A stretch of DNA of 62,978 nucleotides, counting the filler, from Rhabdomonas costata (taxonomy: Eukaryota), in NCBI GenBank assembly GCA_019059605.1. It is 45 parts of 45 records of this genome, joined end to end, with 100 filler letters (N's around TTAATTAATTAA, not from the genome) between each part and the next. Parts side by side here need not be neighbours in the genome. Positions count along the whole stretch, not along the records: positions 25,235 to 26,536 come from JAHMHO010020066.1; positions 26,637 to 27,937 come from JAHMHO010020067.1; positions 28,038 to 29,339 come from JAHMHO010020068.1; positions 29,440 to 30,741 come from JAHMHO010020069.1; positions 30,842 to 32,142 come from JAHMHO010020070.1; positions 32,243 to 33,544 come from JAHMHO010020071.1; positions 33,645 to 34,946 come from JAHMHO010020072.1; positions 35,047 to 36,348 come from JAHMHO010020073.1; 37 more parts are not named here. One strand, given 5' to 3'. Under the pieces are notes generated by a model. It had not been told where the DNA came from and searched no databases. It saw only the letters and a program-made list of their open reading frames with translations. A program made the position numbers and the translations under genes. Shown piece after piece: positions 25,430-37,370 of the stretch (its first letter is position 1; every line of letters begins with the position of its first letter).

Positions 25430-26528
25430 ATGATGCGCCGGGCGGCATTCGTGAGGCACAGCCGGGGAGGTTTTCTGCCTCCGTGGTTCCGAGCTTTCTC
25501 CACTCCGGGGCCGCAAACGCTGCTCCAAAAGATTTGGAACGCCCATGTGGTTCACCAGAATCCCGATGGGACCTGCCTGCTCTACATTGACCGGCACCTC
25601 GTGCATGAGGTTACGAGCCCTCAGGTATGCTGCACTGCCTGAGTTCTGCTGTTTTAAATACTCTGGAAATACGCGTTCCATTTTGGACCGCAATGGTCCA
25701 CTTTTCTGTGTCCCTCTCTCCACCCTTTACCCACCTCCCCCATCCCCTTTCCCATTGTTTTTCCCCGCGCCCTTACTTGGCTGAGCACACTGCATTAACT
25801 GATTTAGGTTGGAGCATCCCCCTACAGAAGATACTTTTTTTCTGCATGGCCTGGCGCTCGCGAGTCAGTGCACCCACAGCAGACGGATTTGCGAGAATAA
25901 GGAATTTAGGCCTCACAATCGCCAGCAGACAAACAGAGTGTCCGTTTTGTGCGATTTTAGGCCTTCGAAAGCATGCGGCTGACAGGGCGGAAGGTGCGGC
26001 GGCCGGACCTCACCCTGGCCGTGGCCGACCACAATGTGCCCACCACGGAGCGGGAGAAGGGCATTTCCGAGCCTGAGTCCCGTCTGCAGGTCGAGACCTT
26101 GGAGGAGAACGTGCGAGACTTCGGCATCCCGTACTTCGGAATGACGGATGTGAGGCAAGGCGTAGTGCATATTATCGGCCCCGAGCAGGGCTTCACCCAG
26201 CCCGGGGTATGCGCTGTGCCCGCCCAGTTTCGCGGTTTTCCGACTTATGCCAGCGTGTACCGAATGCGAAACGTTCTTACAAGGTTGAATTTTCTGCCGA
26301 TGGTGTTGTTGAGACTCAGTCCGTTTTTCAGGGAAGATTTCCTTTCATTATTCCCTCTACAGTATCTTCTTCTCACATACCAGTGGTAACAGAGACAGAT
26401 AACTGACTGATTTTCCCTAAAATGTTTTAAAGAGATTCCGCCTTTCCCTCTTTTCGTTTTGCTCTGGCTAACTTTGTTAGGCGCTGTTTGGCGCTCATGC
26501 CGCACAGATGACCATTGTGTGTGGGGAC
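25430..26528 (+). CDS. leuC: 3-isopropylmalate dehydratase large subunit (LeuC/Leu1 N-terminal part) with N-terminal presequence
   Basis: Exons 25430-25624, 25961-26206 and 26508->26528 give [26 protein letters not shown] and [21 protein letters not shown]. Confidence 0.97.
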
Positions 26529-29524
26529 ACCCAACANNNNNNNNNNNNNNNNNNNNNNNNNNNNNNNNNNNNNNNNNNNNTTAATTAATTAANNNNNNNN
26601 NNNNNNNNNNNNNNNNNNNNNNNNNNNNNNNNNNNNTGTGGTGTGTTCATTCAGTTGAAAATAAGGCTCCCTTGAGAGAGCTGAAGTCGGGAGCCTTATT
26701 TTCAACTGAATGAACAGCCACCACGCAATCAACAACGACCCTCGAAAGAAGCCTTCTGGTTTTTGATACGGCAAAGCAGAATCTCATCAAAAAAGAAGCC
26801 CCCCCCTCGGCCTTTCTTCGCTGTCCCACAGGGAGCAGGCAAACCTGGGAGCGCGTCGGCGCAGTGGGACGGGGAGTGTAGCCGCGGAAGTGAGACATCG
26901 CTTGGGTTTGCTTCGCCTGTCCTCAAAGGGGCGACACCAAAAAGGGATCAGAAGAGAAAGCCGCGCAACAAAAGAAGAAGCCCTTGAAGGAAAAGCCAGA
27001 TGGAAGCGCAGCTGCCTGGCCGTTCAGCATAGGGATGGAGGGAGGGGGGAGTTTAGAAGCCGCACAAAAATTTCTCTCCGCCCAACCCCCATGGATGGGG
27101 TTTGACAGAAACTCAACAACCCCTCTAAAACAGGGCAGGACCACATAGTGGAAGGATGGATCCCGCACCGAAAAAAAAAGACTGTGGACACAATTTTTGG
27201 GGTTGACAACTATTTGACGCCCTACAGAAGGCGCATGAGTGACCTTGCATGTGTACGTACATACGGCAGCGCCAGCAAACTCCACTGCAGAGCAGATTCC
27301 CAGAACTTATAACCACAGCGATTCCACATTCGGGAAACAGACTCAGTTCAGCGTAACAGTGGCATCGAAGTGCAGATACAGTCTCCGTCCTTACCGCTCT
27401 ACCCCCCCCCCCTCTATTTATTCTTAAGAACCCAGAAACATGTCACCGCCCCGAACCTCAGAACAAACACATCAGCAAGTGATGAGAGGTGAGGTGCTTG
27501 CCGTTGTAAAATGGAATTTGGAAAAGTCACAAAATATAGAAATTTTTGTCCAAATACCGAATAAATGCCGAAAGCTTAGTTGCACTTTTCCATGTCCATT
27601 TCCATGTCCATGAAGCTGCATGTCCTTTTCACTACCCATCTCCATCTAGACATCTAAACGAAAGACCACTCAATCACCCTTTTGTTCCGGAGAAAAAAGG
27701 CCATCTTGGGCTCAAAAGCCACTCAAAAGCTCCCCATTGGAGACTCGTTCACCGCTTGACAGCACTGCAATTACAGGGGTTGTGCTCAAAGCACATGTGT
27801 ATGTTGGTATGTGTGCCTCTCCTGAATTCCTGGGGTCCCCTGGCGGGGTTCCGCGCATTATCCAGTTCTTTTTTGCTGAGCTCCACGATTGAACTGCATG
27901 CGGGCCGACAAACAACATGGTGGTGCATTATGCAGCANNNNNNNNNNNNNNNNNNNNNNNNNNNNNNNNNNNNNNNNNNNNTTAATTAATTAANNNNNNN
28001 NNNNNNNNNNNNNNNNNNNNNNNNNNNNNNNNNNNNNCGCACACTCTCACCCCAATGCCCGTCGTGTTGTCCAGCACGAACAGCAGCACCGTGAACGCGC
28101 CAAAAAAAACCAACAGGTGTGCAGAACAAGCAACACAAGGACACGCCACAGCACACCGCGCCAAAAAAAAACCAACAATAAAATTGTAATGTCCTTTAAA
28201 AATATGATAAAAAATGCGCAAATTTTTTTATATTTGTCGGGAGGCCCACTGTACCAGAAAAGACCCCGGGTCTGCTTCGGCTTCGCCCTCGATGGTTATG
28301 TTTATCCGATTCTCCTCTCTATTTCATCCACAATTTTTTTACAATGGTTTTCTCCAGAGATTGCTCCATACGCCCTCTTCACTTCCCACCATTTTGTGTA
28401 CCGTTTTCATTCAACCCATTTAGCAAACTTAAACGCATGTCTGCAGCTTTTTTGTCGTTCCTGTCTTGGAGCCGCCAAACATGCCCTGCCCAGAGGGTCC
28501 AGTAGTGTATGACAACGTCCAAGTCCCTTCCCAGGAGCAACCTTCAGGTCTCCTCGCTTGTGGTATAAGCGAATATAGTCTTTCTTGCTGTGCACCAGGT
28601 TGCGCCCGTCCGAGAGTACATCCTCGCTCTGTATTCATACCTGAAAAATGTACTTTTGCAGGTTTCGAGAGGAATCCAGCGAAAGCCTAGACCCAGAGCA
28701 GGCCAAGCCAGGCAACCAGAAAATCAACTTCGCCACTTCAACTTCGGTCGGAGCACACTGTTACTATGGCAAAATACCATATGTTAGTCATACACACATA
28801 GGCTCCGGTTTTGTGTTAACTGGCTCACGGGGTCATAAGCGTGTGACGACCAGCGAGGTACGCGTATGACTCGCCCCATGCCAACTCAGTCTCAGCGCAC
28901 TTTGTGTACTTGAGCGACCTGTGCCGTTCATACACTATCGACTGTTCTACCAAGCTTACTCTTTCGTTGCCAACGTCATCACGTGGGCGGCTAATATGCG
29001 TGCCGTACCATTCGTGTGGTGGATCGTGATGACTTAGTAGGAATTGAAGGCTGACCTGATCACACTAAGACTTTCACTTGGGAACCTTGCATAACCCCAA
29101 AGCCAACACCAAGAGCACACCCAGCACCGAAATCACCAGCCAAGAACCCGAAGGCAACACCACCTGAGACGCAATACCAGAAGCACCTGACCCACTCAAC
29201 ACGACAAAGCCCACCACGACCGAAGCCAAGGTCTACACCACACCCAAGGCATAAGATTGCACCAGACCCACACAGTAGCGACACACTCCAACAACAGCTC
29301 CACCAACCCCAGAAGCAACCGAAGCACGGCACACCAACCNNNNNNNNNNNNNNNNNNNNNNNNNNNNNNNNNNNNNNNNNNNNTTAATTAATTAANNNNN
29401 NNNNNNNNNNNNNNNNNNNNNNNNNNNNNNNNNNNNNNNTGTTTTTGGGGAGTTTATGCGGTTTGTATACTTGCGTTTTTTATGGCGTAAAATCCTTACT
29501 TAATCCTTTCCTTTTAAATACAGT

Positions 29525-29605
29525 TGTCATCCCGGCGAAAGCCGGGATCTCTGTTAAATATTGTCACAAATCCCGCCGGAGATCCCGGATTTCGCCTGGA
29601 TGACA
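29525..29605. repeat. Bacterial REP-like inverted doublet of palindromes
   Basis: tgtcatcccggcgaaagccgggatctc ... gagatcccggatttcgcctggatgaca: two hairpin units in inverted orientation. Confidence 0.75.
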
Positions 29606-29776
29606 GTGCAAAAAAAATGTAATACATTATATTAAAAATAGTTTTCGATTTTTTGATAAAGCTAAGTTGATGCTAATGGGTCTTTGCCGGAATTACTGTC
29701 CGCTAATGACATCAAAAAATCTGATTCCCCTATGTCATTACGTCCTTGCCTGCACTGCTAAGTTAACAGTGCTTGA

Positions 29777-29800
29777 TGCGCAGGCGAGAGCGCCTGCGCA
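29777..29800 (-). terminator. Perfect 10-bp GC hairpin just downstream of trxA (terminator or REP-like)
   Basis: tgcgcaggcg-agag-cgcctgcgca, 10 nt after the stop codon; no strong U tract. Confidence 0.55.
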
Positions 29801-29810
29801 ACCAAATATC

Positions 29811-30137
29811 CTAATTAAGATGGGGTGAGAATTTGCTTACCAATACCTGTTTTGGTACCGCGCCAATAACACTATCAACAACTTTACCGCCTTTAAATAT
29901 TCCAATTGTGGGGATACTTCTTATTCCATACTGAACAGCAAGAGATTGGTTTTCATCGGTGTTGATTTTGACGACTTTTAATTTTCCCTGATATTCATTT
30001 GAAATTTCTTCAACCACCGGGGCAATCATTCTGCAAGGGCCGCACCAGGGAGCCCAAAAATCTACCAATACCGGTACATCACTCTGTAATACTTCGCTGC
30101 TGAAATTATTTTCTGTACCTTCAATGTAAGTTTTCAT
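29811..30137 (-). CDS. trxA: Bacterial thioredoxin
   Basis: Complete intronless 108-aa ORF with [13 protein letters not shown] and GIRSIPT; AAGGA Shine-Dalgarno upstream; AT-rich. Confidence 0.98.
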   Translation of the reverse strand: MKTYIEGTENNFSSEVLQSDVPVLVDFWAPWCGPCRMIAPVVEEISNEYQGKLKVVKINTDENQSLAVQYGIRSIPTIGIFKGGKVVDSVIGAVPKQVLVSKFSPHLN

Positions 30138-30227
30138 TTTGAATTCCTTTATTTTTTTATGATAGTTAGATTACTTATTTTAAAAAAGGATTCATTTTGC
30201 AATTAATATTTTGAGGGAGAACTTAAT

Positions 30228-30569
30228 ATGAAATATGTAATCTGTTTTCTTTTTGTTTTGTAGTTTGCCGGGTTTACATTAACCGGTCAGGATGAAGAAA
30301 TAGATAAAGCTTATTCAAATGCTAAAAAGGGAATGTACTGGGCTTTAAGCAACATCCCCGAAAAAAAGGCCCGAATTGTTCATGAACTAGTGGCAGACAA
30401 TAAGCTTTACTCAAATGTAAAACTTCTTAAAAAAGTTAATGGTGTAAAAGTTGAATCCACCGGTTTTTACAACTCAAATGAAGTTACAATTGTTATGTAT
30501 GTGTCAACCGATAGTTTGATTTCGGGAGGATATATAAAAGATAGAAGGATAATTGAAGGAGAAAAATAG
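30228..30569 (+). CDS. Bacterial secreted hypothetical protein interrupted by an in-frame TAG (30261-30263)
   Basis: GAGGGAG RBS, then MKYVICFLFVL*FAGFTLTGQDEEIDKAY, in frame with ORF 30333-30569. Confidence 0.7.
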
Positions 30570-30684
30570 TTTGTTTAAAAACATTAAGAAAGCCGATGAT
30601 GAGTTCAGGGACCTGGGGCTTGGAAGCCGGGTAGCCGAAGAAGGGGAAAGGATAATAAATAAAGATGGCAGTTTTAATGTTGTT
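30553..30684 (+). CDS. N-terminus of a bacterial inward-rectifier (KirBac-type) K+ channel, truncated by fold-back
   Basis: DLGLGSRV..RIINKDGSFNV matches the KirBac N-terminal pattern; TTG start overlaps the upstream stop. Confidence 0.7.
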
Positions 30685-32785
30685 AAACAAACTATTTTTC
30701 TCCTTCAATTATCCTTCTATCTTTTATATATCCCCCCAAAANNNNNNNNNNNNNNNNNNNNNNNNNNNNNNNNNNNNNNNNNNNNTTAATTAATTAANNN
30801 NNNNNNNNNNNNNNNNNNNNNNNNNNNNNNNNNNNNNNNNNGTTGGGTGTGTCTGTGATTGATCCTTTTATGCGAGTCTCAAACTACAAATACACAAAAA
30901 AAACACATACAAACCTTGTTTGCGTCAAATACAGCAATGAAGCAAACAAGGTTTGTATGTGTTTTTTTTGTGTATTTGTAGTTTGAGACTCGCATAAAAG
31001 GATCAATCACAGACACAGGCATATTCACACACACGCACACTGCCACGGTAGATTCCTCGGATAATTGCAGACCGGCGGCGCTGCTGATTTGTCTACAGCG
31101 AGCATTCCTCTTCGTCAATTCCATTAAGTTCTCTTTTTGCCAAGGCGAACATCGAAAGACCCCCAAGGTCCGAAAAGGCAACCGCTAGCCACGAACCGAA
31201 ATTATATATTACGGCCCACTATAATGCCGACAACGTTCTACTCTCAAAAATGCTAAGCAGCCGCCGGCCGAAAGTCCTTGGAAATGGAGCCTGCAAGATA
31301 CTCTTGGGTGTCCCCATGTACGGCTGTAAGTGGGTGGTGTATGCGACATCAATCCGCAGGCTGCGGGGACACGCGCAGCACACAAGCGGAGAAGGCAAGG
31401 AACGCCCCACACGGGCGAGACATCAGCTGCGCATCAGCCAGGGGGCTGTGCGCCAAATATTACACGCACACGCGCGCACGCACACAAATCAGCTGTTTAC
31501 ACACTCGCATGCTTGAACGTCCTCCAAGTGTCCTCTGGAAGCAAAAACCAAAATAGTCCTCAAAAAGACCCCAAAAAGACCAAAACGACCTCTGCGGACC
31601 GATACATTTTGCCCACACCAGTGCTCCTGGGCTCTACCCTTAGGTATGCAAAGCAGGCCCGGCCGAAAGCTTAGGCTCAGTATGCAGGGCAAAGTTCCGA
31701 AGGGATGTTGGAATCACCAAGCGAATAGGGTGAGTATTTGAGCCGAAGTAGGTGGTCTTGTCCCCCTTTTCCGCTTTGACGATTGGAGCAGGTGCAAGGG
31801 ACCGCAGAGGACGATAGATGGGTGCTGCTGGAAGCCCCCCTGAACCCAAAAAATAGAGGAATACACACAAACACATACACATATACACAAGGCAAAGGAC
31901 ATTTTGGCGCACTCGTCGTCGGGATGTTGCTTGGATGATGTGCTAGGTATATGTGTTGGGCCTCTAGGAGCTTCTCGAACCCACGCCCTCGGGGGCGGGG
32001 GTGGCAGTGGCTCGGAGGTGGCGGAGCCCTCCGAAAGTAGCAGGCAGAAGCCCGCGAGGAGGGATGCCGCCGGGGAGGAGGCCCAGGCGTCTTCCTCCTC
32101 CGCAATGGAGGGCAGCCTGGCCGCGGCGCTACCCCCCACACANNNNNNNNNNNNNNNNNNNNNNNNNNNNNNNNNNNNNNNNNNNNTTAATTAATTAANN
32201 NNNNNNNNNNNNNNNNNNNNNNNNNNNNNNNNNNNNNNNNNNGGTTTGTGGGTGTGTGCGCGCCTGTTTGCGTGCATGCGCGTGCGCGCGCTCTTCCCTC
32301 CGCAGTGATGTATTGCACTCGCCCTCGAATGCGGGGGACAAATTTACAGTAAGGCTCGAGCGGGAGGACTGCATTTGCTCGCGGCGCAGGTCATCTGGCC
32401 AGGCTCACCGTGGGAAGTGGTTTTCGTCAACTAGAAGGGCGGTTTCAAGCTCGGACCGTGTTTTTGTATCAGTGAGAAAGAAACAGGAGGCAACAGGGTG
32501 GTCACAAATCCCTTCTGGTTGGAAAATGATATTTTTGCTCTGTAAATTGACACGTGCACGTCTGCGCGTTGTTTTGTCGAGCTGCTCAAAGTGCTCAAGG
32601 TTTCATGCTGCTGCCCCGTCCGGGTGCTGGTGTGCTTTCCATGCTGAGCTAGTGACTCTTTCTCGACATCGCAGAAACTCGTTGCGATGTTGCCTTCTCG
32701 ATGCCAAAGAGTGTGGGCCGTTCCTCGAGGGTTTTCGAACTCGCCTGCTTGGGCCCTTTCCTTCCCCGCATAAACTCCCTCGCAG

Positions 32786-33509
32786 GGCGGTGGCAAGACC
32801 TCGAGCTTCGGGTTGAGGCCCGGCTGCCCCTGGTGATCCCCTGCTCTTCACTGGTTAAGTCGCACCAGGCCCTGGTGTTTGAGCTGTGGAAGCTGAAGCA
32901 CGGCAAGTACGACCCCGTGGACAAGGTGCGCGCCCGCCACAGTGTCGTCGTTTCCCTCAGTTAAACCCGAAGCCAATCTTCGCCTTCGGGCGCGGATTAC
33001 ACAGAGTGGATTGTGAATTGCTTGCGTGGTATTAAACGACCCCTCCTTTGGCTATTGATTGTCTGGGGTGGGGGGTGGGGTTCAGTCCGACGTGTTTCTT
33101 CCGCAATCGGCCCGCGAACCTTTAAGAACCTTTGTTGATGCGTTGCGTCCAATAGCCCGCTCCCCCCCCCCCTCTCTCCTTTAACTACCACACCTCCGTT
33201 CGGGCAAAGCGACTGCAACTTTTCCTGAAGTTTCCAAATGCTCGTTCCATTCGACGAGGATCGGAAGGCATCACTCACCATTGCGGGGACTGGGATCGGG
33301 GAGTGTGAAAAAAAATTGGGATGATTCAAGTTAAAGGGCGCATAAAATGCGGTGGCTTTCTTGGTTCCGCCCCATTTACCTGATTTTTTTCAGGTTGTGG
33401 GCTGGGGAGTCCACCCCATTGTCAACAGTCACTACAAGGTTGTCACGGGAAGCTTCAAGACGGCCCTCATCAAGGGTCCGGTGGACCCCTGGATCGATCG
33501 TTACTCCAG
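32786..33509 (+). CDS. OFCC1-like protein (2 exons)
   Basis: Exons 32786-32925 and 33394-~33509 give LVFELWKL..DK|VVGWGVHPI..GSFKTALIKGPVD..IDRY, resembling the OFCC1-family FEL..DRVVGWG.FP..GKFK.PLLRG block (recalled, not searched). Confidence 0.55.
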
Positions 33510-34190
33510 GCCTGACCCCTTCTCTCCCCTCGTCAAAAACAACANNNNNNNNNNNNNNNNNNNNNNNNNNNNNNNNNNNNNNNNNNNNTTAATTAATTAA
33601 NNNNNNNNNNNNNNNNNNNNNNNNNNNNNNNNNNNNNNNNNNNNCCTTTCCCAATCCCGATCTGCCCATACGCTGCGATCTGCAAACTTGCAAAGGTCGT
33701 ATGGAGAAAGCAAGGGGGTCCGGCGACGGACACGAACGGCCACCCTGCAGAGCTTAGAACGGCCTTCCTACCGAACACGGCGGTTAAATGTGCAATGCAG
33801 ATGTTGGGGGTGGGGGGCAAACCACTTACGCTCTTTCTCTCCCTTTCGTTCACTATCCCCACGTTTACCACTGCCCTCATTCACCCATCACCCCGTACAC
33901 CCAGCACCTTGCACATCCCTTCTCAGAACCCATCTCCCGATCTCAGATGTGCCGAGTCCCACAAGTCGACGTCAAAACCGCAGTTGCAAAGAACCCGACG
34001 AACGAGCGTTCCAAGTCAGGCGGAAATTGTGTCTCGCTGATGATGACGCAACCATTCCACCGGGACGGGGGACCCCCAGTCACTCCAGTAGAGTATGGGA
34101 TCAGTTAGCCGAGATCAGAGTAAACCCCTTTCACCCTCACTTCCATCCAAAGGCACCCTTGTTGGGTGTCTCTCGGTTTTTGTGCTCCAG

Positions 34191-34940
34191 GAATCACCAA
34201 TGACATCCAAGTCCTGCCTGAGGTCATTCCACAGGCCATCCCCACTCTCAGCACGCACCTGTTCGTGCTCACCGGGGTGACCGACCGTGCGGAGATCGGG
34301 CGGGCCTGGAGTATGCCCACCTACACGGACAGCTACGGGTTTGGCGACGTCAGCACCTCCGTGTACGTTGGGGCCGCGGGGACCTCTGTCAACCTCTACC
34401 CCGGAGGCCACACCATCATTCAGATCGACCTCGTGGTACGCTTCGTGAGTGATCTCGGGTGGACCAAGAAACAGAAACCGACATTTGATGTCGCTACTTT
34501 GCTTCGCGTGCGGGTTTGCTCTTTCAATGAAGGTGTTTCGTTCGTTCGGTTTAGACCTTCTGCTTCTGGAGATTTCAGAAAAATTCAAAGCTTGAACCGT
34601 AAAACGAAGAACCCGTGTTCACTGGAGACAAGGTGAGCACACAAACATTGCGCGGTGCGCCAGAATAGAAACAGCACTGTTTTTTTTTCGCTGTTTGCAG
34701 TCACCTGGAACCGGTCCGCGGCCAGGTTATGGTTGACACTAGCAGTCAAGGGCGCTGCCGACTACCTGCTTTGAATGCCGACCAACATCCTGTCCTTCTT
34801 TAGCCAAGTATTTTTTATGGGCTGCTGTATTCCTGTTCCCGCTTTTTTTTCCAGAACAACTGTGGGTACGACTGGAACCTGCTGGGCAACGCGATCTCTG
34901 CGGTGGAGCTACGGCAGTACGCCCTGAACGCCATGGACCA
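34191..34940 (+). CDS. Beta-rich protein of unknown function (2 exons)
   Basis: Exons 34191-34435 and 34855->34940 with GT-AG boundaries and GC3 bias; they join as IQIDLV|NNCGYDWNLLG. Confidence 0.6.
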
Positions 34941-37261
34941 CCAACANNNNNNNNNNNNNNNNNNNNNNNNNNNNNNNNNNNNNNNNNNNNTTAATTAATT
35001 AANNNNNNNNNNNNNNNNNNNNNNNNNNNNNNNNNNNNNNNNNNNNTTTTGGCTTGAAATGTCTAAAATGATGAAAAATCGAAGCCGCGCTCATGTACGT
35101 GCGTTGTGTTGCCAGTACAGGGGGGCCACATGAGGGTGAAAGAAACCAATAATTTTCGTGCATTTCGAGTGTATCCGAAAGTTCTGCTCATTTGCCTGCG
35201 GCGGCGCCCTCGCACGAAGGAAAGGCAAGCGACATACGTGTCTGGCAAGGTAAAAAAGAAGTCAAATGCTCAAACAATGCCGCAACAGGAACTTTTCATA
35301 ATGGACCGTAATAAGTAACCATGTGCCAAAGTCGGAAGGGCAACGCCAGACAAAGAAGGAAAGTTCAGGTGATGGTGGTGGCCCACATCCGGTGGGACTT
35401 TGCACAACAATTTTACCACAAAACCGCCCGGCACCAATGTAACGGCAAAACCGCCGCCAGACTGCGCTTTTGCTTTTTCGTTCTTTTTGCTTCGCTGAGG
35501 GCGCTTTGGACGTGTTTGTCCGCAGGGTGGTGTGAGTTTGAGTTTTTGTTTAGAATTTTGTGTGCGGAAGAATCCGAAATGGCTGGATGACTTTGTTTTA
35601 CAGTATTTTCTTTCGAATAAACCAGAATTTTTTAACATTCGTACGTTCTTTTGGAGTTTCTGAGCGCCAGTTCTTATTGGAAGCGGTCCAGGGGACTCTA
35701 CTTTGAACATTCACCGCTGACCAAGGCAGAGCCACAAGACATCGCAGCTCGGGTAAATTTAGACCTCTCCCTGTGATTTATTTCAGACGCGCTGACCACG
35801 TGAAAGACGGCAAAGGCTATGCTGAAGGCCGCCAATCAGACAGGGTTCTTCAGCGACCTTTTTTAATTCGAGCACCCCCATGACCTTAACTCCTGTTAGG
35901 AGACCTGCATGACCTGCCCGGCCAGGGCGTGGCCCAGACCGCCTACCAGACCAGATTCTGCAGGGACGTTCGTTAATTCGAGCGCCTCCCTGACCGTAAC
36001 ATTATCCATAAGAGCAGAGGAAACGATTCCCTCAGGCCCATGTGCTTTGGATGCGCGGCAGATGCCTCACGATGAACTCGTTCCTTCCCTACTAACAACA
36101 TTACCTGCAATTAAAAAGAACCCTTACAAGACGGAGACGGGAACGCTTTTTTTTTGGCAAGAAGAGGCCACAGACAGTGAGTCAACACACGCCAAACGTT
36201 CAGGCAAAAGCGTCAAATATCAGTATACGCGTGGGCGTGCGTGCAGAATCGGATTGCGGCATTAAAACAAAAGCAATTGTCAGCCCTTCCCATCCCACTC
36301 CTCCCTAAAAGAAGAAGAGGGTCAGAGCCCGAGTTCTCCCCCCACACCNNNNNNNNNNNNNNNNNNNNNNNNNNNNNNNNNNNNNNNNNNNNTTAATTAA
36401 TTAANNNNNNNNNNNNNNNNNNNNNNNNNNNNNNNNNNNNNNNNNNNNGCCCTCTTCGCGGCGGGAGGGCCTTCCTCACCGCCAACCCTTCCCCGGCGTC
36501 GTGTGGTGGCCGCGGGCGGGGGTTGCTCCCCGGTGAGCATTGGGAGCTCGATTTCCTCCACGCGGCACCGCTGCACGAGGGCGGCGCGGGCGCTACGGAG
36601 CTTCCCGACTTGAGCATCCTGCGATGAGCGTGTGCGTGTGCAGATTGCTCTTGCTCATCGCCTGGTGAGGGAGGTTTTATTGGTGCAATTGACACGGGGG
36701 GTGGGGGAGAGGTAAGGGTTACTAGTGGTAGCAATTTTCCCTATTGGTCAACGCAAAAAAAAATTACAAAAGAAAAGAAAAATGAAACGCACTCAATTTT
36801 TTCGAAACATTTCGATGTTTCTGAAGAATGAATGCTCGTACGGTTGGGGGAGGGTAACAGGTATACCAAGTTTTCTATTCGTCAATATTGAAAAAGGGGG
36901 TTAGGTAAACTTTGCTAGTGCTCCTTTGATGAGCGTTTGGGTCAGCTGCACAAGATTTCTGTTGGATAAGGACTCGCCAATGGCTGAATGGCTGGGAAAT
37001 GGGCGAATGAGTCATACAGCATTAGTTTAATGGACAAAATTAAGCGACACGGTGGCCGGAGCGGGCGGCTGGGGCGGGAACCTGAGGGGCCCTTTGACGA
37101 CTTTTTTAAACATGTTCCCATAGAAATTGTTAACGCCGTAACCTTCCAACCTCCATCAACATGATCTGCTCGACAAGTTTGAGGAATGAGAAACGCAAGC
37201 AAAAGTCCTGGCCAAACTGCGCCCGACAGGAGCATTCAACCTCATACATGAATACACACCG

Positions 37262-37370
37262 CCTGCGCGACGAGCTTCTTGGCCTTTCCGAGCTCCTCCA
37301 GCTCCGACCCCTGCTGCACGCGGACCTCCCGCAGGTTTTCCGCGGCCTCTGTGGTGGCCTTCTTGTTCTC
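37262..37370 (-). CDS. Probable coiled-coil exon, unknown protein
   Basis: GC3-rich ENKKATTEAAENLREVRVQQGSELEELGKAKKLVAQA between an AG and a GT. Confidence 0.45.

Noticed and set aside
30493..30708. Minus-strand ORF starting MKEKNSLF, apparently duplicating the + strand gene start
   Set aside because: Created by the terminal fold-back copy of 30530-30576.
29440..32142. Bacterial genes adjacent to eukaryotic sequence as evidence of HGT or an operon-like system
   Set aside because: They are separated by artificial linkers; neighbouring contigs are ordered roughly by length, not by genomic position.
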